A DNA stretch of 64,000 bases from Ruditapes philippinarum (lineage: Eukaryota), in assembly GCF_026571515.1 (NCBI RefSeq), contig NW_026861420.1, positions 1 to 64,000 on the forward strand, written 5' to 3'. How positions within the stretch are numbered: the first letter of the stretch is position 1; each line of letters begins with the position of its first letter. A program made the position numbers and the translations under genes. Shown in pieces: positions 14,274 through 26,550 of this stretch. Under the pieces are notes generated by a model. It saw only the letters and a list, made by a program, of their open reading frames with translations. It searched no databases and was not told the origin of the DNA.

Positions 14274-14869
14274 ATGGCTGATGTGTGTTGCTCTGTGTTA
14301 CTATGGGTAGCAGGTGTTACTCTCTTCACCACAAGTGTTGTATTTGACTTGAAAAACTTCCACGAACTCCGTGAAAATGATGAACAAATAGAATCAACCG
14401 GAAAAAAATCTTGTGATTTTGCACTAAATGAGCATCACAAAATTTTCTTGGCATTTGTGATATGTGAAATGTGTTTTGGAATGTTAGAGTATATATTTGG
14501 TGCACTATCGTTGCAAGAACCAAATGATGATAATCCACTTTATCCTTGGTCTGCAACTCGATAACGACATTCTTCCAAGCCCTGGATTTGCTTCTCCTAG
14601 TACTGTTTTCATATTGTTGTCTAGATGATGTCCAAATTCACCATGTTAAAGAATTTATCAGCGATGAAAAAGATGACTTTGTTGCAGGCATATTAGGAAC
14701 AGCTGGAATCATGTTCAACCTTGCGATAAAAAAGAATATATTGACTGTGTTAAAGGCTATATGCTCTAATGATGCCAGTAAATGGCACAAAAGGTTATAA
14801 TGAGCATCTTTGATTTTTATCTTTGTTTGTATTGGACTAGCAATTGCATTGCTCCGAAAATTATTCTAA
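14274..14869 (+). pseudogene. Pseudogene paralog of the orphan multi-TM protein at 25616-26224
   Basis: Acceptor tttcag, then ATG at 14274. Colinear with the paralog throughout (VVFD, ESTGKK.CDFALN, QALDLLLLVLFSY, GTAGI.FNLAIKKNILTV). It carries a ~10-nt deletion frameshift near 14533 and tandem stops TAA TGA at 14798-14803 where the paralog has TCA TGT. The homologous stop is at 14867-14869. Confidence 0.88.
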
Positions 14870-15606
14870 TTATTTACATTTAAAATAAAATACCGGTAGT
14901 CTTTTAATTATTTATGTTTCATTAATATTTGGTAAAATCTTTAGTTGATAAAGGCTGTTTTGTTCATATTGTCTAAAGTGAGTGTCTTAAACTTTTCCTA
15001 AGAACTGTGATAAAGTTGTAAAAAAGTGGGTTGATAGTTATACAAGGACTTTAAAAAGCATGTTATCATTTAATATTTAAATTACGTAGTGTTATTGTTT
15101 GTGTTTGATGTTGTTTCTGTAAGGAAATTATTTGCAGATATATTTGTCACTCAGGAGTTTCAAATAAGAAATTGATCATTAAATCGACTTTTGCGCAGAA
15201 CGAATTAGATGAAGTGCTGTCTTGTAAAGGGATAGATTGACCTGATTAATTATGTTGTAAATTCAGTAAATGAGTTTTAAAGTTTTCTACGAAATTTCAT
15301 TTCATCATGCTATATTTTAATGAACCATGTCAGTATCAGTGTTTTTGGCAATGAATTATCTTAAGTTTACAGCAGATGCGGCTTAATATGATAGTTTTGA
15401 CGTTTACAAATGCAACATAACAAATGTTCATTTATTGAGTATTTATTCTTGAGGGATAATGAAATTTATTGCTCGCCAATTTTTTTAAGCCAATCACCGA
15501 CGAGGATATTTCAAATTTTCAGGTTTCAAATCTTAATAGAACAGATTTTATATAAACTGGACGTTTTATATTATAAATTGCAAGTGGGCGGAGCACTAAG
15601 CAAGTG

Positions 15607-15712
15607 AGAGTGCATATTGGATGTTCTTCGTAAATAAGAAAGCTACAGTCGCTTCGCAAGCTCCGCTCCTTTTAAGCTTTCTTATTTACGAAGAACACCC
15701 AATATGCACTCT
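15607..15712. repeat. Near-perfect hairpin (38-bp arms, 30-nt loop), probable end of a non-autonomous DNA element
   Basis: 15607-15644 is the reverse complement of 15675-15712 with one mismatch. Confidence 0.85.
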
Positions 15713-17536
15713 AACCTATACTTAGAATATCTGTTACGCACCTTAACGTCTCAAGCAGTAGCCGACCATATTCAAAATGATAGTAAGGACCAATCGCATT
15801 GAAGCATTAAAGGACTCATATGCCTAAGACATGATTTAATTTTATTTATCAAAAGCTTTTTATGATTGGTATTTGAATCAATTTTTGTCCCACGATACAA
15901 CTTATATTCTGGAAGAAAAAAAAACAAACAGAAAAATATTCTGCACATCTATACCAGTAGCAAAATTCTTGCACAGGGAATTGTCACATTGATTTAAACT
16001 AAAAAGAACTACAGTTATCTATTTACAGCTTAATTTTTGACAAATAACTTATAATATTGAACGCAAAATTTGAAATTGAAATAAGAAAAACAAAGACACA
16101 AATTTTATACTAACATGATTTGTGATTGTTTTACTATACACAAAGAAGAATAAAACCAGTGTTAAACTGCCAATAAACACCATTCAGTACTAAACTGCCG
16201 ATGGATTCTGTACAAACAACATAAAGTTGAAGAATATTGTTACAAAATATTAGTAAAACATATTCATTCTTTGAAAAACCACAAACAAAAAGATCACTAT
16301 AGTCTACCCGGCGCGTGTCGATGACGCCATCAAAGACCCTTGTCGTGTTGTTGATTTGAAAACAAAATAGATTTTCAAATGGCTTAAAAACTTTTAAAAT
16401 CGTCATTCGCTTATTAAACTTTATCGAGTCTTTGGTACACGGTTTTCACACTTTTATCTCTGTTTTATTAAAACATTATAGAACTAACACATGTCGCAAA
16501 ATCCGCGTGTGCCACATCTGCGTTAACACGGACAAAGAACCGCACGGCCCGCTTACAATATTTGGTAAAATATATAATAAATAAATAATTTGAAATAAAT
16601 ATTTAGATTAATAACTGTATGATTGATTATATATTAACCACCTCTCTTTAAGCAACAGCAAAAGTCTACGTTTTTAAAAGTCAGCTCTCGTTTATCAATA
16701 ACAAAACATGAGGAAACTCAAGACAATTTGTATAAAATATAATCTGTCTACCAATATACATGGATATGAAAATTAGAGATTTAATAAATCAAGACATAAC
16801 TTGTTTTTAGTGTCATTTTAAACTATAGGACGGAATTTTACACACAAAAAATCCAGATCGATTATTATCTCTAAGATATTGAAATAATCACAATCTGATG
16901 ATAAATTACACGAGATTTGACTATCTATTTGCCCACGGGTTTGGATTATATTTCGATAAAAAAATCATGAGCAAACAAAACTTGTTATCAGTTATCTCCT
17001 AGTTTTTCATAAATTAGGTAATTGACAACAATTTCGGCAAAAGGAAGTATTTTTAGCAGTTTAAACATTTTACGTTACATTCTTTAATCTCTAGGAAAGC
17101 TATCTTAAATGATAAATGGGATATATTTAGCAAATAAAACATTAGGATTGAAAGTGGAAAACATATCAAACAGGATTAAATAAAAATATAAACATATCAA
17201 CTTTGAAATATCTTAGAGTTCAAATGTTCATTTTCATTTTAAGTTATTGACTGGGAGTGAAACATAAATATAACATTTTACTGTTTAAAACGGTCGACTA
17301 CATTTTTAAAGTAATTGATTTTACAAATATTGAAAACAATTAAGATTAAAAATTGATCAAGTTAGCCAATTTTATCTCAAAGGAAAACTGGATTTGTAGA
17401 AGTTTCTTTTCATTTCAAGCAAAATAATGAGCTTTGAAGTAAACCCTTCCATGATCAAATAATCATTAATTTAGATAAAATATTTACTGATACCAATAAG
17501 ACCCACTTTGCACATCGTAAAGTACGACGTTGAGTT

Positions 17537-20500
17537 TCATACCCCTGTAAGATTACATTTGCTGTAAACAAATTCAGATTGCAAAACGTCTAGATTGTTC
17601 ATTGGCAAGTCATGACTAGTAACAAAAACATTAAACCTATCAGTAACAAGCTTGATTAACCCGTTCATGCCAACGTCTTCTCCACTGCCAACGGCCATAA
17701 TATTTACTCCGTCGGCTTCTAACTTAGATTTCTCACTTTCAAAGGTGCTTTCGCTGTTCACATGAGCTTTACCATTAGTGAAAATTAGGAGAAATTTCTT
17801 TGCAACCCTCATTGAAAATGTTTTGTTGAAAATTTTATCCCTGACATATGCAAACACGGTTTCAAGATGTAATTGTGCTTGATGTTCATCAGGCGACTTT
17901 GAGACCATGTTAACCTTACTTTTAATGACATTTTTGTTGAACGTTTCTCCCATATTCATTATACTTTTGATGTCATCAGAAAATGTGGCCACACTAACAT
18001 GGTTACCAATAACGTTTAATTGGTTCATGGTGTCAATTATATGCATAATAGCGTCAACCATTAAAGTGAACTGTTCTGCTGTTATATAATAGGATGAATC
18101 TAAAAGGATAGCTACATCTGACGCCATACTTGTCTCACATTCTGAAAAGATTTATAAACTAAAATAAAAACATCAATCTTGTGAATGTCAAAATTGTATT
18201 TAAACTGCATGTTGTTTTACAAAAGCAAAACTATTATGTCAAAAAAATAAGATTATTTTGTTAGTCATTCAAGATAAGTTTTTTAGTTTAAAACATTTGT
18301 AAGTTTAAAACAAATTTAAAAATGCTTACCATCACACAACTGAACCAGCTGCCTGAGAATGGTGTACAAAGAGTTGAAATTTTTAACAGAGTAAACAAAC
18401 GATGGATCGGAAGCAATGTCCAAAAGTTCTTGATGTAAAACTTCGTTTCCAATTCCTGAAATAAGATATTTAAAATTTGCATAATGCATACAAAAGCGAA
18501 GATAATTGTTTATATGAATTCTCGATAAGACTCATTTCAGACGATTATTTTTGTTGTGTGTGGTTTTTGGTTATTTTTATTTTTCAAAGCAGAAGTTAAG
18601 AAACATTTTTTATTTTTGCTTTATTTTTTCTTACCAATGGCTGCAATTGCATCGACATATTTTTTCAATTCACTAGCCTCGGCTCTAGTGTCGGCCCTGT
18701 TTATAGACATGCCGTCTGTAAGGACATAAACAAATCTCGCAGCTTTTGTACCATTTTTGCGTATTCCGATGCCATGACCAACCGTGAATACTTCTGTTCT
18801 AACCTAGTGAAATATTTATATCAATAGGAGAAAAATTACAAAGATATCTACATACAAAATTGTTAAGAAAAAATTAGGTGCGTATATTTTTATTGATTTG
18901 ATTTGGGTGCATGATAATTAAGTTAAATTTCAATATTAGTATAATTATAAATGGTATCGATTTATTGAAATAATATAACAATTTCACTAAAATATCTATT
19001 TACCGCTTTCAGACCTTTGTCGGTACGCGTTGTCCCACGTTTATACTTGACTTTCATTATAGCGTCATGAAGTGAAACGTTGTCTTTATACTGGTTAAGA
19101 TAAAACTCTACATGTGCATCAGATGAAAATGTTACTACACTAATTTGGAAGTCGTGTGGTCCAACAGGAACTTTACTGCTGAAATTTGCAACAAATTCTA
19201 ACTGTTTCTTGAATTCTCCCTCTGTCATGCTTACTGATGAATCTAAAACAAAGACGACGTCTGCTGGAGTAGGGTGACAGATATCTGTAAAATATTGACA
19301 TACATTGTTAAAATCAAGTAAAGTCAATATCTACCGCAATCTGATATCTGTTAAGAATGAACATAGACTATTAAATACAAAGACGACTTCTACAGGAGTA
19401 GAATGACAGATATTTGTAAAATATTGAAATAGATTATTGCAATACAAAAGACAACTTCTGCCGGAGTATGGTGACAGATATCTGTTAAATATTGAAATAG
19501 ACTATTACAATACAAAAGACGACTTCTGACGGAATATGGTGACAAATATCTGTAAAATATAGAAATAGACTATAACAATAAAAAAGACAACTTCTGTCGG
19601 AGTAGGATAACAGATGTCTGTAAAATATAAGCATACATTTATACAATATTTTGTAAAGAGGAATTGACTCAGTAGGCATACATATTTTCAATTAAACTAT
19701 ATTTTTAACTGTTTATATATGTATTTGTCTACCGTTTAACGTCATTAGTGTACTTGAAGTTTATCTATCCGAAATACTTAGTATTTTATCCTTTTTTAAC
19801 TGAATCAATTCCGACTTCTTTTTGATTTATTAAAATTCAATGTCATGAAAATTACAGTTGACATTTAAAAATGGTTTATATTCAAATGAAAGTTGACAAA
19901 GTTATTGTAAGTTTTTTTAAGTGTTTTCTTACTTGTGTCACACAAAACCCCATACATTCTTGGAGGACAAACACAATGGGATCCATTGACCCTATCTTCA
20001 CAAGTAGCACCGTTCTGGCACGGGGAACGGGGTTGCACGGTGCATTCATTTATTTCTAAAAGTACAGCAGATATTTGTTCATTAGAAATTATTGCCTTTA
20101 ATGATTAATTTATTTACCTAGTTTTAAAGATTCGTCATAATTATATAAAAATATAATGTTGATTTAAAAACGGAATACGGAAAATGAATAGGATACTAGT
20201 ATTTTGTAAGTATAGTTGTTACAAATGAATTAAAATGAAACAGTATTTATGTAAAATAAAGTGTGTCTTATTAAACAATGAAATACACATTAGGACAGAT
20301 ATAAGAAAAGTTTGCTTTTTCAATTTCATTTTCATTATGCCTGAAATGTACGAGGGTTGTTAGGAAATATTGGCGAAAAATTGTCATAGAGCCATCATTT
20401 GAAATATTTTATATTAATATTCTCTCAACGTTAGTTTGCATGAAATAGTTATATGCACATGTCACTTGATTTGTTAAAATCTTCGAATAACCAATAAAAC

Positions 20501-22714
20501 ATTGTTTTCGTTTTAAGATCTACGTATATCACAATTTTAATAAAATGATATTAATGATATTTATTTTAAAAAATATGGCTTTCCGAAATAAGAAGCGTCA
20601 CGAATGTCACATTATATGCGATATGGCTTAAAAAAAGATGTCAAGCATACACTTTTTTCTGAAATAAATATTATCATAAATGTAACATGTTTCTTAAAAA
20701 ATAGTTCAGCATTCCGCCTGATCAGTTCTTTCCATGCATTATTATACTACTACGCAAGAAACGATATTTTCCCCTGATGTTAATTTTATTAATTGACGTC
20801 ATATTTCATGTCATATGACGTGGTATGAGCATTACTTTTTATGCCTTGCGCAAATCGTGTAATATTGCCTTCGACTGTCCTATATGTATAATGGGGGAAA
20901 AATATGTGAAGTGTGTTAGAATATCAGTTATACAGGTTTCTGACGTGATTATAGAGAGAAAATACAAGTAGCCTAGATGAAATAGTTATGTCAGCCATGC
21001 TATTTAATGTCTTGTATATCATGTAAGCAATTTGTAAAATAGAAGATATTAAATGTGTGTAGGTTTAACACTAACTTTATTGAACGAGTAAATAAAATCA
21101 TATGCAATAGTCTGAAGAGTATAACATTGTTTTATTCAGCGACTTCAATAAATTAAATATTGAATCTATACGAAGATAATATTATATTTGCTGCGTATTC
21201 AGTTTGCATTGATGCGTTTATAGTGTTACGCTTTAAAGCTATTTAAATACACTCCTGTGCCAAATCTATAATATGGCAAACATTTATTGACGACAAGTTC
21301 ATATAAAGACCTAGCAAAATTAGACTGTTTTCAAAAGGCTCATGTAAATAAGATAACATAAGACATTAAACGCAATAAAAGGTATTTCAAACATAAAGTC
21401 ATCATACATGTGTCATAGCGGTATCACTTTTGACTTATTTTTTTATTTTTGAGGCAATGACAATTAAAAAGAGAAATATGCCATTATGAAAACAACGCAG
21501 TAATTTATTATGTGCAAATGCGTAGGTAACCATCTTGTAGAAATATAATGTTACTTATGTGCTTCTTCACTGTATAAACTGCATCGATATACAAAATGTC
21601 AATCCGAATTCGAGAAATGTATTTTAATTAGAATATATAAACATTTTACCGATTTCGCAATATTGCCCTGTAAACCCTGGTCTGCATTTACATCCGCCAT
21701 CATGTAAGCATGTACCGCTATTTTGGCAGGTTACCTCAGATATCTGAAACATCACTCATCTGATGATACGATATTCTTTCCCCAAAACTGTTAAATACTT
21801 AAATACATACATGTAAATTTGAAATGTGAATACCTTAAAAAACGTAATAAAACTTGTTTTACGAATCAACATACTATTGTTTTCTAATGTTATATCATTT
21901 AAACGAAACACCATAACGTTTTTTTACGAAATATTATAACCTTTAATGAAAAGTTATTTCGTTTTTAGGATCTATGATTACCTTTTTTGCGAATTAAAAA
22001 AAAAACGTTTTTAAAATAACATTTCTTTGCTTTTTACGGAAATAAAATCGTAATTTCGGAATATTATTACTTTCTATTAATTAAAACAGTTATACGGATG
22101 TTACTTTAGTGTCACCGTAGAATAAGTATAAAGGTGTAACTTATTACAAAACATGGAGGGATTTCTTTCCAGCATTCCTCAAAAACGCTTTCAGATCCTT
22201 TACAGCAATAGTTATTTGAAGGTCTCCTTCCACTCGACAAGAACGTATCAGCACTATGCTTTGGAAATGAGAAGTAACATTTGTCAGATGCCTCGTATCC
22301 TTGAAACAAAACTAACAAGCTGTAGACATATGTCTGTATTTCTATTTTTTATTAATTTTTTAATGTCTAATCAAATTGAACATCTGTATATTTAAATCAC
22401 TACAAAACAAAACAACATTTAACAAAAATTTCGGTATTTTGTTGCAATTTTAAAACCTATTCCAGCTAAATAAAAAAAATCTAAAGAAAATTATCATACA
22501 ATATATGCATTTAGAGAAATATGCAATACCATTTCGGTTCCACAACAATGATCACCATAATCACTGACAAAGCTCTGAAAAAAGCGAAATTATTTTAAAC
22601 ACACAATCGGAAATGTCTTAATTAAGGTATTTCTATAAAATTGAAAGACTAACCTTCTAATTGTGAAAATATAAATAACAATATAGTCCAAAACATGGCT
22701 GTGACTATTTCCAT
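17537..22714 (-). CDS. Secreted EGF-EGF(Ca-binding)-VWA-VWA protein (matrilin/collagen-VI-like VWA family), 8 exons, 536 aa
   Basis: Exons (-): 22654-22714 (signal peptide MEIVTAMFWTILLFIFSQLE), 22148-22299, 21650-21743 (EGF CQNSGTC..CKCRPGFTGQYCE), 19933-20055 (EINEC..CQNGATCEDRVNGSHCVC), 19004-19284 (VWA DVVFVLDSSVS), 18635-18803 (VLTDG), 18330-18455, 17537-18141 (second VWA). All introns GT-AG with consistent phases; total 1611 nt. Confidence 0.88.
19374..19630 (-). repeat. 4 x 68-bp tandem repeat derived from the exon-5 splice acceptor and exon start of the VWA gene
   Basis: agac(g/a)acttc recurs at 19381, 19449, 19517 and 19585. Each unit matches 19248-19297 (intron end plus codons for ICHPTPADVVF). 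Confidence 0.9.
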
Positions 22715-22979
22715 TTTGATTTAGAGCAATCTTCAGGAAGTCGATAGTTTTTATCTTTCAAGAGGTCATACGCAACGCACAATTGATATAACCTAATGAC
22801 TGCATAGTTTACAATGATAGATCGACATTTTTTAAACATTCGATTTATCTTCGACCTATTAATCTTTGTGCTCTACAAGTATTGATCAGTGCGTGTATTT
22901 AAACAGATAACAAATACGTGATTGAAATTAAAGAGTTCACCATACTGGAGGAGCATTATAGAGGTCGGTAGGGCAAGAC

Positions 22980-23230
22980 TTAAAGGTCCATTTTGCTTAG
23001 GAGTTCTGTTATTTTAATTTCTCAAAAGTCTTTTCATTTTTGGTAACCTTTTATAGTTTCTAACAAGTTACTCGTTGGCTACAATGTTATTACCTAAATC
23101 ATCTTTTGCTTCTGTTGCTTTTTGGAAATAAGTACATTTATAGTAATTTAGTATTTTGTATTGAAGTCAAAATACTACTTTGTTAGTGGAAAGAAGTAAC
23201 ACTTAATGACAAATAATTTCACATACATAT
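22980..23230 (+). repeat. Dispersed AT-rich repeat family (possibly Kolobok-type non-autonomous transposon)
   Basis: Shared core (ttttgtat..aagtcaaaatactactttgtt; gtaacctt..tagtttc). Related copies at ~2410-2640 (+), ~44180-44390 (-), ~49045-49260 (+) and ~52480-52690 (-). Several copies begin TTAA-AGG. Confidence 0.5.
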
Positions 23231-25615
23231 AACGTTACTTTCTGCATGTGATACTCTTAAATTATTATTTAAACATTATACAACTAATATTTGCTGTTTT
23301 TCATTTGTTTTTGAAGCATTGTGTTTCTTGAATGAGAAGTTGAGGAAACCCTTATCTGGACGTCGATAAACATGTCACAGATTCTAAACGAAACATTTAA
23401 GAAAACGATGCGCAAAACGTAAAGGTGATAGCAAGACATACAGCAAGGACTGCAGGGACTTTGCCTTCAAAGATGGTTTCAACTAATGGAGAGTTTTAAC
23501 CAATTAAAGATGTCATTAATTTCTTCCTTATCCTTGCCTTATTCCGCCTCCTGTTCTGGGAAGACATGTAAGTTTGTCTGACTATTATAATGTACATCAT
23601 GCAGAAGAAACTTAAACCTGCATGTTTGATGGATCAATTAACAGTTTGAGTTAAAAAGCCTTGTTTTTTGTCTTTCTTTTTCTCTTTAAGATTGACAAGT
23701 TACTTATTCAACTAATATTGAGAAGGAATTTCTAAACCTCATTGCTTTTATTCAAACTAATGTACCTACAATTTTCATTAAGCCTATTAATATTTAACAA
23801 ATGAACGAACGTATCTATGCAGCAATTATAAAATTCTCTTAATCTAATTTCTAGTTAATTCATGCTGTCACTATTGTTACGTCACCTTTTCAGTTCTATC
23901 ACAAAAATGGTTAATTCTATAGATTAAGAAACTTTGCTTTAGATACAATCGTTAAGCTTACTCGATAAGGTGCTGTTTTTTTATTCATTAATATCTGCAT
24001 CATGTTGGAAAATCCGTGTTTCGTAACGGTTTTCCGAAAATGATTTGAAAAAAGGGAAAGATAATAGATTATTTATCTATTAACAAATGTCAAACCGTCA
24101 AGAGTAGTGAGATTGTGATAACACTTAAATTTTGTGTAAGTGGCTTTTTGTATTTTTCCTTTTAAATCTAATGATTAAAATAAAATATTTCAAAGATGTT
24201 CACATATTTTCTGTCATATTATGTACATAGACTTGTCATTATTATTCTAACTGTCATACACTTGGATAATATTATGTCTCTGGTAACCTTATGACTATGT
24301 GTCTCTTAGTCCTTCATATTATTTTTCCGTCAGTTAGCGGTTTCGTTCGAAATCTATGGATTCATTTAAGAAGCATATTTATGATACTTAATTCAAATGT
24401 AAAGTACCATATGCGTTTGCCACATATGACTTGAGGCAAAGTCACTATTGTATATCAAAGGTTAGAGCTATATGTACTGTTCGTTTCTATTCCATGTATC
24501 AGTTAGATGGTATAATTTATCAAACATAATAAATATTCGTCAAGAACGCTTACTTCTTGAAGATTTCGCTTACTAGATCTCAACAAATTGAATGTCATAT
24601 TAGTTTTCTTTCTGCATCTGCGACCCACCATTTGTTATTTGTTGTGATTTATCAGATATATCAATATTTGACCAACTTATTGTATATTATATTTGTGTTA
24701 TTTAATTCAAAATAGCGTAATTCTTAACACTTAACTTGTCATAACTATATAATCATGTCTTTGAAATAATAAAATAAACGTTTTAGTGGTTCAGCTTTTA
24801 TATTGCAATTCTATAACACTTCCTTTGAATGTAATTATATTACCAGACACATTTATCTGCTTATCTTGCAAGGGGTTTTAAGTCCTTTATCGAGATGGAA
24901 TGAACACATATGCAACGCTCCTTCGACTGCCAAGAAGGGATCTTGCACATAGACTTTCTGGAGAGCACAGTATTGCTAATTATTTTACTTTAACATATTT
25001 TGTTTATTTATCTATATACATACATGCATGTTGTTATCATGTACGTAATGTAGTTTATCAGTTAGTTTTAAAAGTTTTTCACAGCTTGTGTTATCATATG
25101 TAGATATACCCGACTTTATAAATATTAAGTATTGCTTGACGTGACTAGTTCTTCTCTTTCTTTTTTGTCTAAAATGTCATTTTCGTGGTGATATACCTTC
25201 TTTAAATACCTAGTGTAAGGACTGGTGCACCTAAAACTGCTGAAATAGTGATTATGAATTGCTTATGAATGTCCAATGGTGGTTCCGTTATCGTTCTATT
25301 ATCGCCCCTTCTTTTTATTCGAATTCCCTCTCTCGCTTTAGTGTCAGTTTCTATAATGCACCACCCGCCGTGTTAAGATTCCTATTTCAGGTTTTCATTT
25401 CTTTCTGATTGCCCTATAAGAAGTGTTTAAATCTTACTCTTTTCCTGTTTTTGCCCTGCTTAGTTTCTTATAGAGGCTGTTCTTTGTATCATTCTAGTGT
25501 GCCACCTGTTTGACTGAACATTATTTCGTCTGTGAACGTTCCTTTCCTTTCTTATTCTCCATCTCGTATTACTTGTGTTATGGCAGGATTTTTACTTTAC
25601 TTTCAGGTACAAAAA

Positions 25616-26224
25616 ATGGCAAACAGATGTTGCTCTGCGTTTCTGTGGCTTTTTGGAGTAGGTCTTTTTGTTACAAGTGTTGTATTTGACTGGATTAACT
25701 TCGTCGAACTACGTAAAAACGATGAAGAAATTGAATCAACGGGGAAAAAGCCCTGCGACTTTGCCCTAAATAAATATCATTGGATTTTCATGGCATCTGT
25801 GATAAGTAAAATGTTCTTCGGCATTCTAGAGTATATATTTAGTGCACTTTCATTGTGTGAACAAAATGATGACAACAGTATGATGGACACCATTTCCTTG
25901 TTTTTCAACGTGATAACAACCATTTGCCAAGCTCTAGATTTACTGCTGTTAGTTCTGTTTTCATATTATTGCCTAGCTGATGACCAGATACACCACGTCA
26001 AAGCATTTATCAGTGATGCAAAAGATGATTTCCTTGCAGGTGTATTAGGAACAGCTGGTATTATTTTCAATCTAGCGATCAAAAAGAACATTTTGACTGT
26101 GTTTAAATCCATATGCTGCTCAAATCATTCCGGTAAATGTCACAAAAGGTTATCATGTACATCTTTGTTCTTTGTACTTGTTTGTATAGGGCTAGCAATT
26201 GCTTTACTTCTTAAAATCCTTTAA
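25616..26224 (+). CDS. Uncharacterised ~5-TM membrane protein, 202 aa, single coding exon
   Basis: ATG at 25616, just after acceptor tttcag (25601-25606). The ORF-track extension from 25532 is intronic. Five hydrophobic segments; the conserved paralog at 14274 supports coding status. Confidence 0.8.
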   Translation: MANRCCSAFLWLFGVGLFVTSVVFDWINFVELRKNDEEIESTGKKPCDFALNKYHWIFMASVISKMFFGILEYIFSALSLCEQNDDNSMMDTISLFFNVITTICQALDLLLLVLFSYYCLADDQIHHVKAFISDAKDDFLAGVLGTAGIIFNLAIKKNILTVFKSICCSNHSGKCHKRLSCTSLFFVLVCIGLAIALLLKIL

Positions 26225-26550
26225 ATTTTCACTTTCATGTAGTTTTGACGACCTGTACATCTTTGTTTTTTGTATGTGTTTGTATAGGCCTACCGATTGC
26301 TTTGCTTCTTAAAATCCTTTAAATTTTCACTTTCATGTACTTTTGACGACCTGTACATCTTTGTTTTTTTGTATGTGTTTGTTCAAGGCTAGAAACTGCT
26401 CTGCGTCCTAAAATACTTTGAATTCTTACTTTTATGTAGTAATTAACGTCATGTACATATTTGTTTATCGTGTTTATTTATAAAGTGCAAACAATTGCTT
26501 TTGATTCTTAAAAAAATGCTTTGAATTTTTACTGTTCATGTAGCTTTAAC
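26156..26550 (+). repeat. 4 x ~98-bp tandem repeat made from the last TM-coding segment, stop codon and proximal 3'UTR
   Basis: tgtacat starts units at 26156, 26254, 26352 and 26452. Unit 1 contains the C-terminal codons and TAA of the 25616-26224 CDS. Confidence 0.9.

Noticed and set aside
20350-20400. TACGAGGG mariner-like TIR start
   Set aside because: No matching opposite TIR or transposase remnant found nearby.
22530-22574. Possible extra 45-nt exon in intron 1 of the VWA gene (tttcag...gtattg on the minus strand)
   Set aside because: In the required phase 1 it contains a TGA, and exon 1 splices cleanly to 22299 without it. It could only be a poison exon, for which there is no evidence.
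23400-23572. Candidate upstream exon of the 5-TM gene (donor acat|gtaagt near 23567)
   Set aside because: It cannot extend the CDS in frame. Plausible as a 5'UTR exon but unsupported without transcripts.
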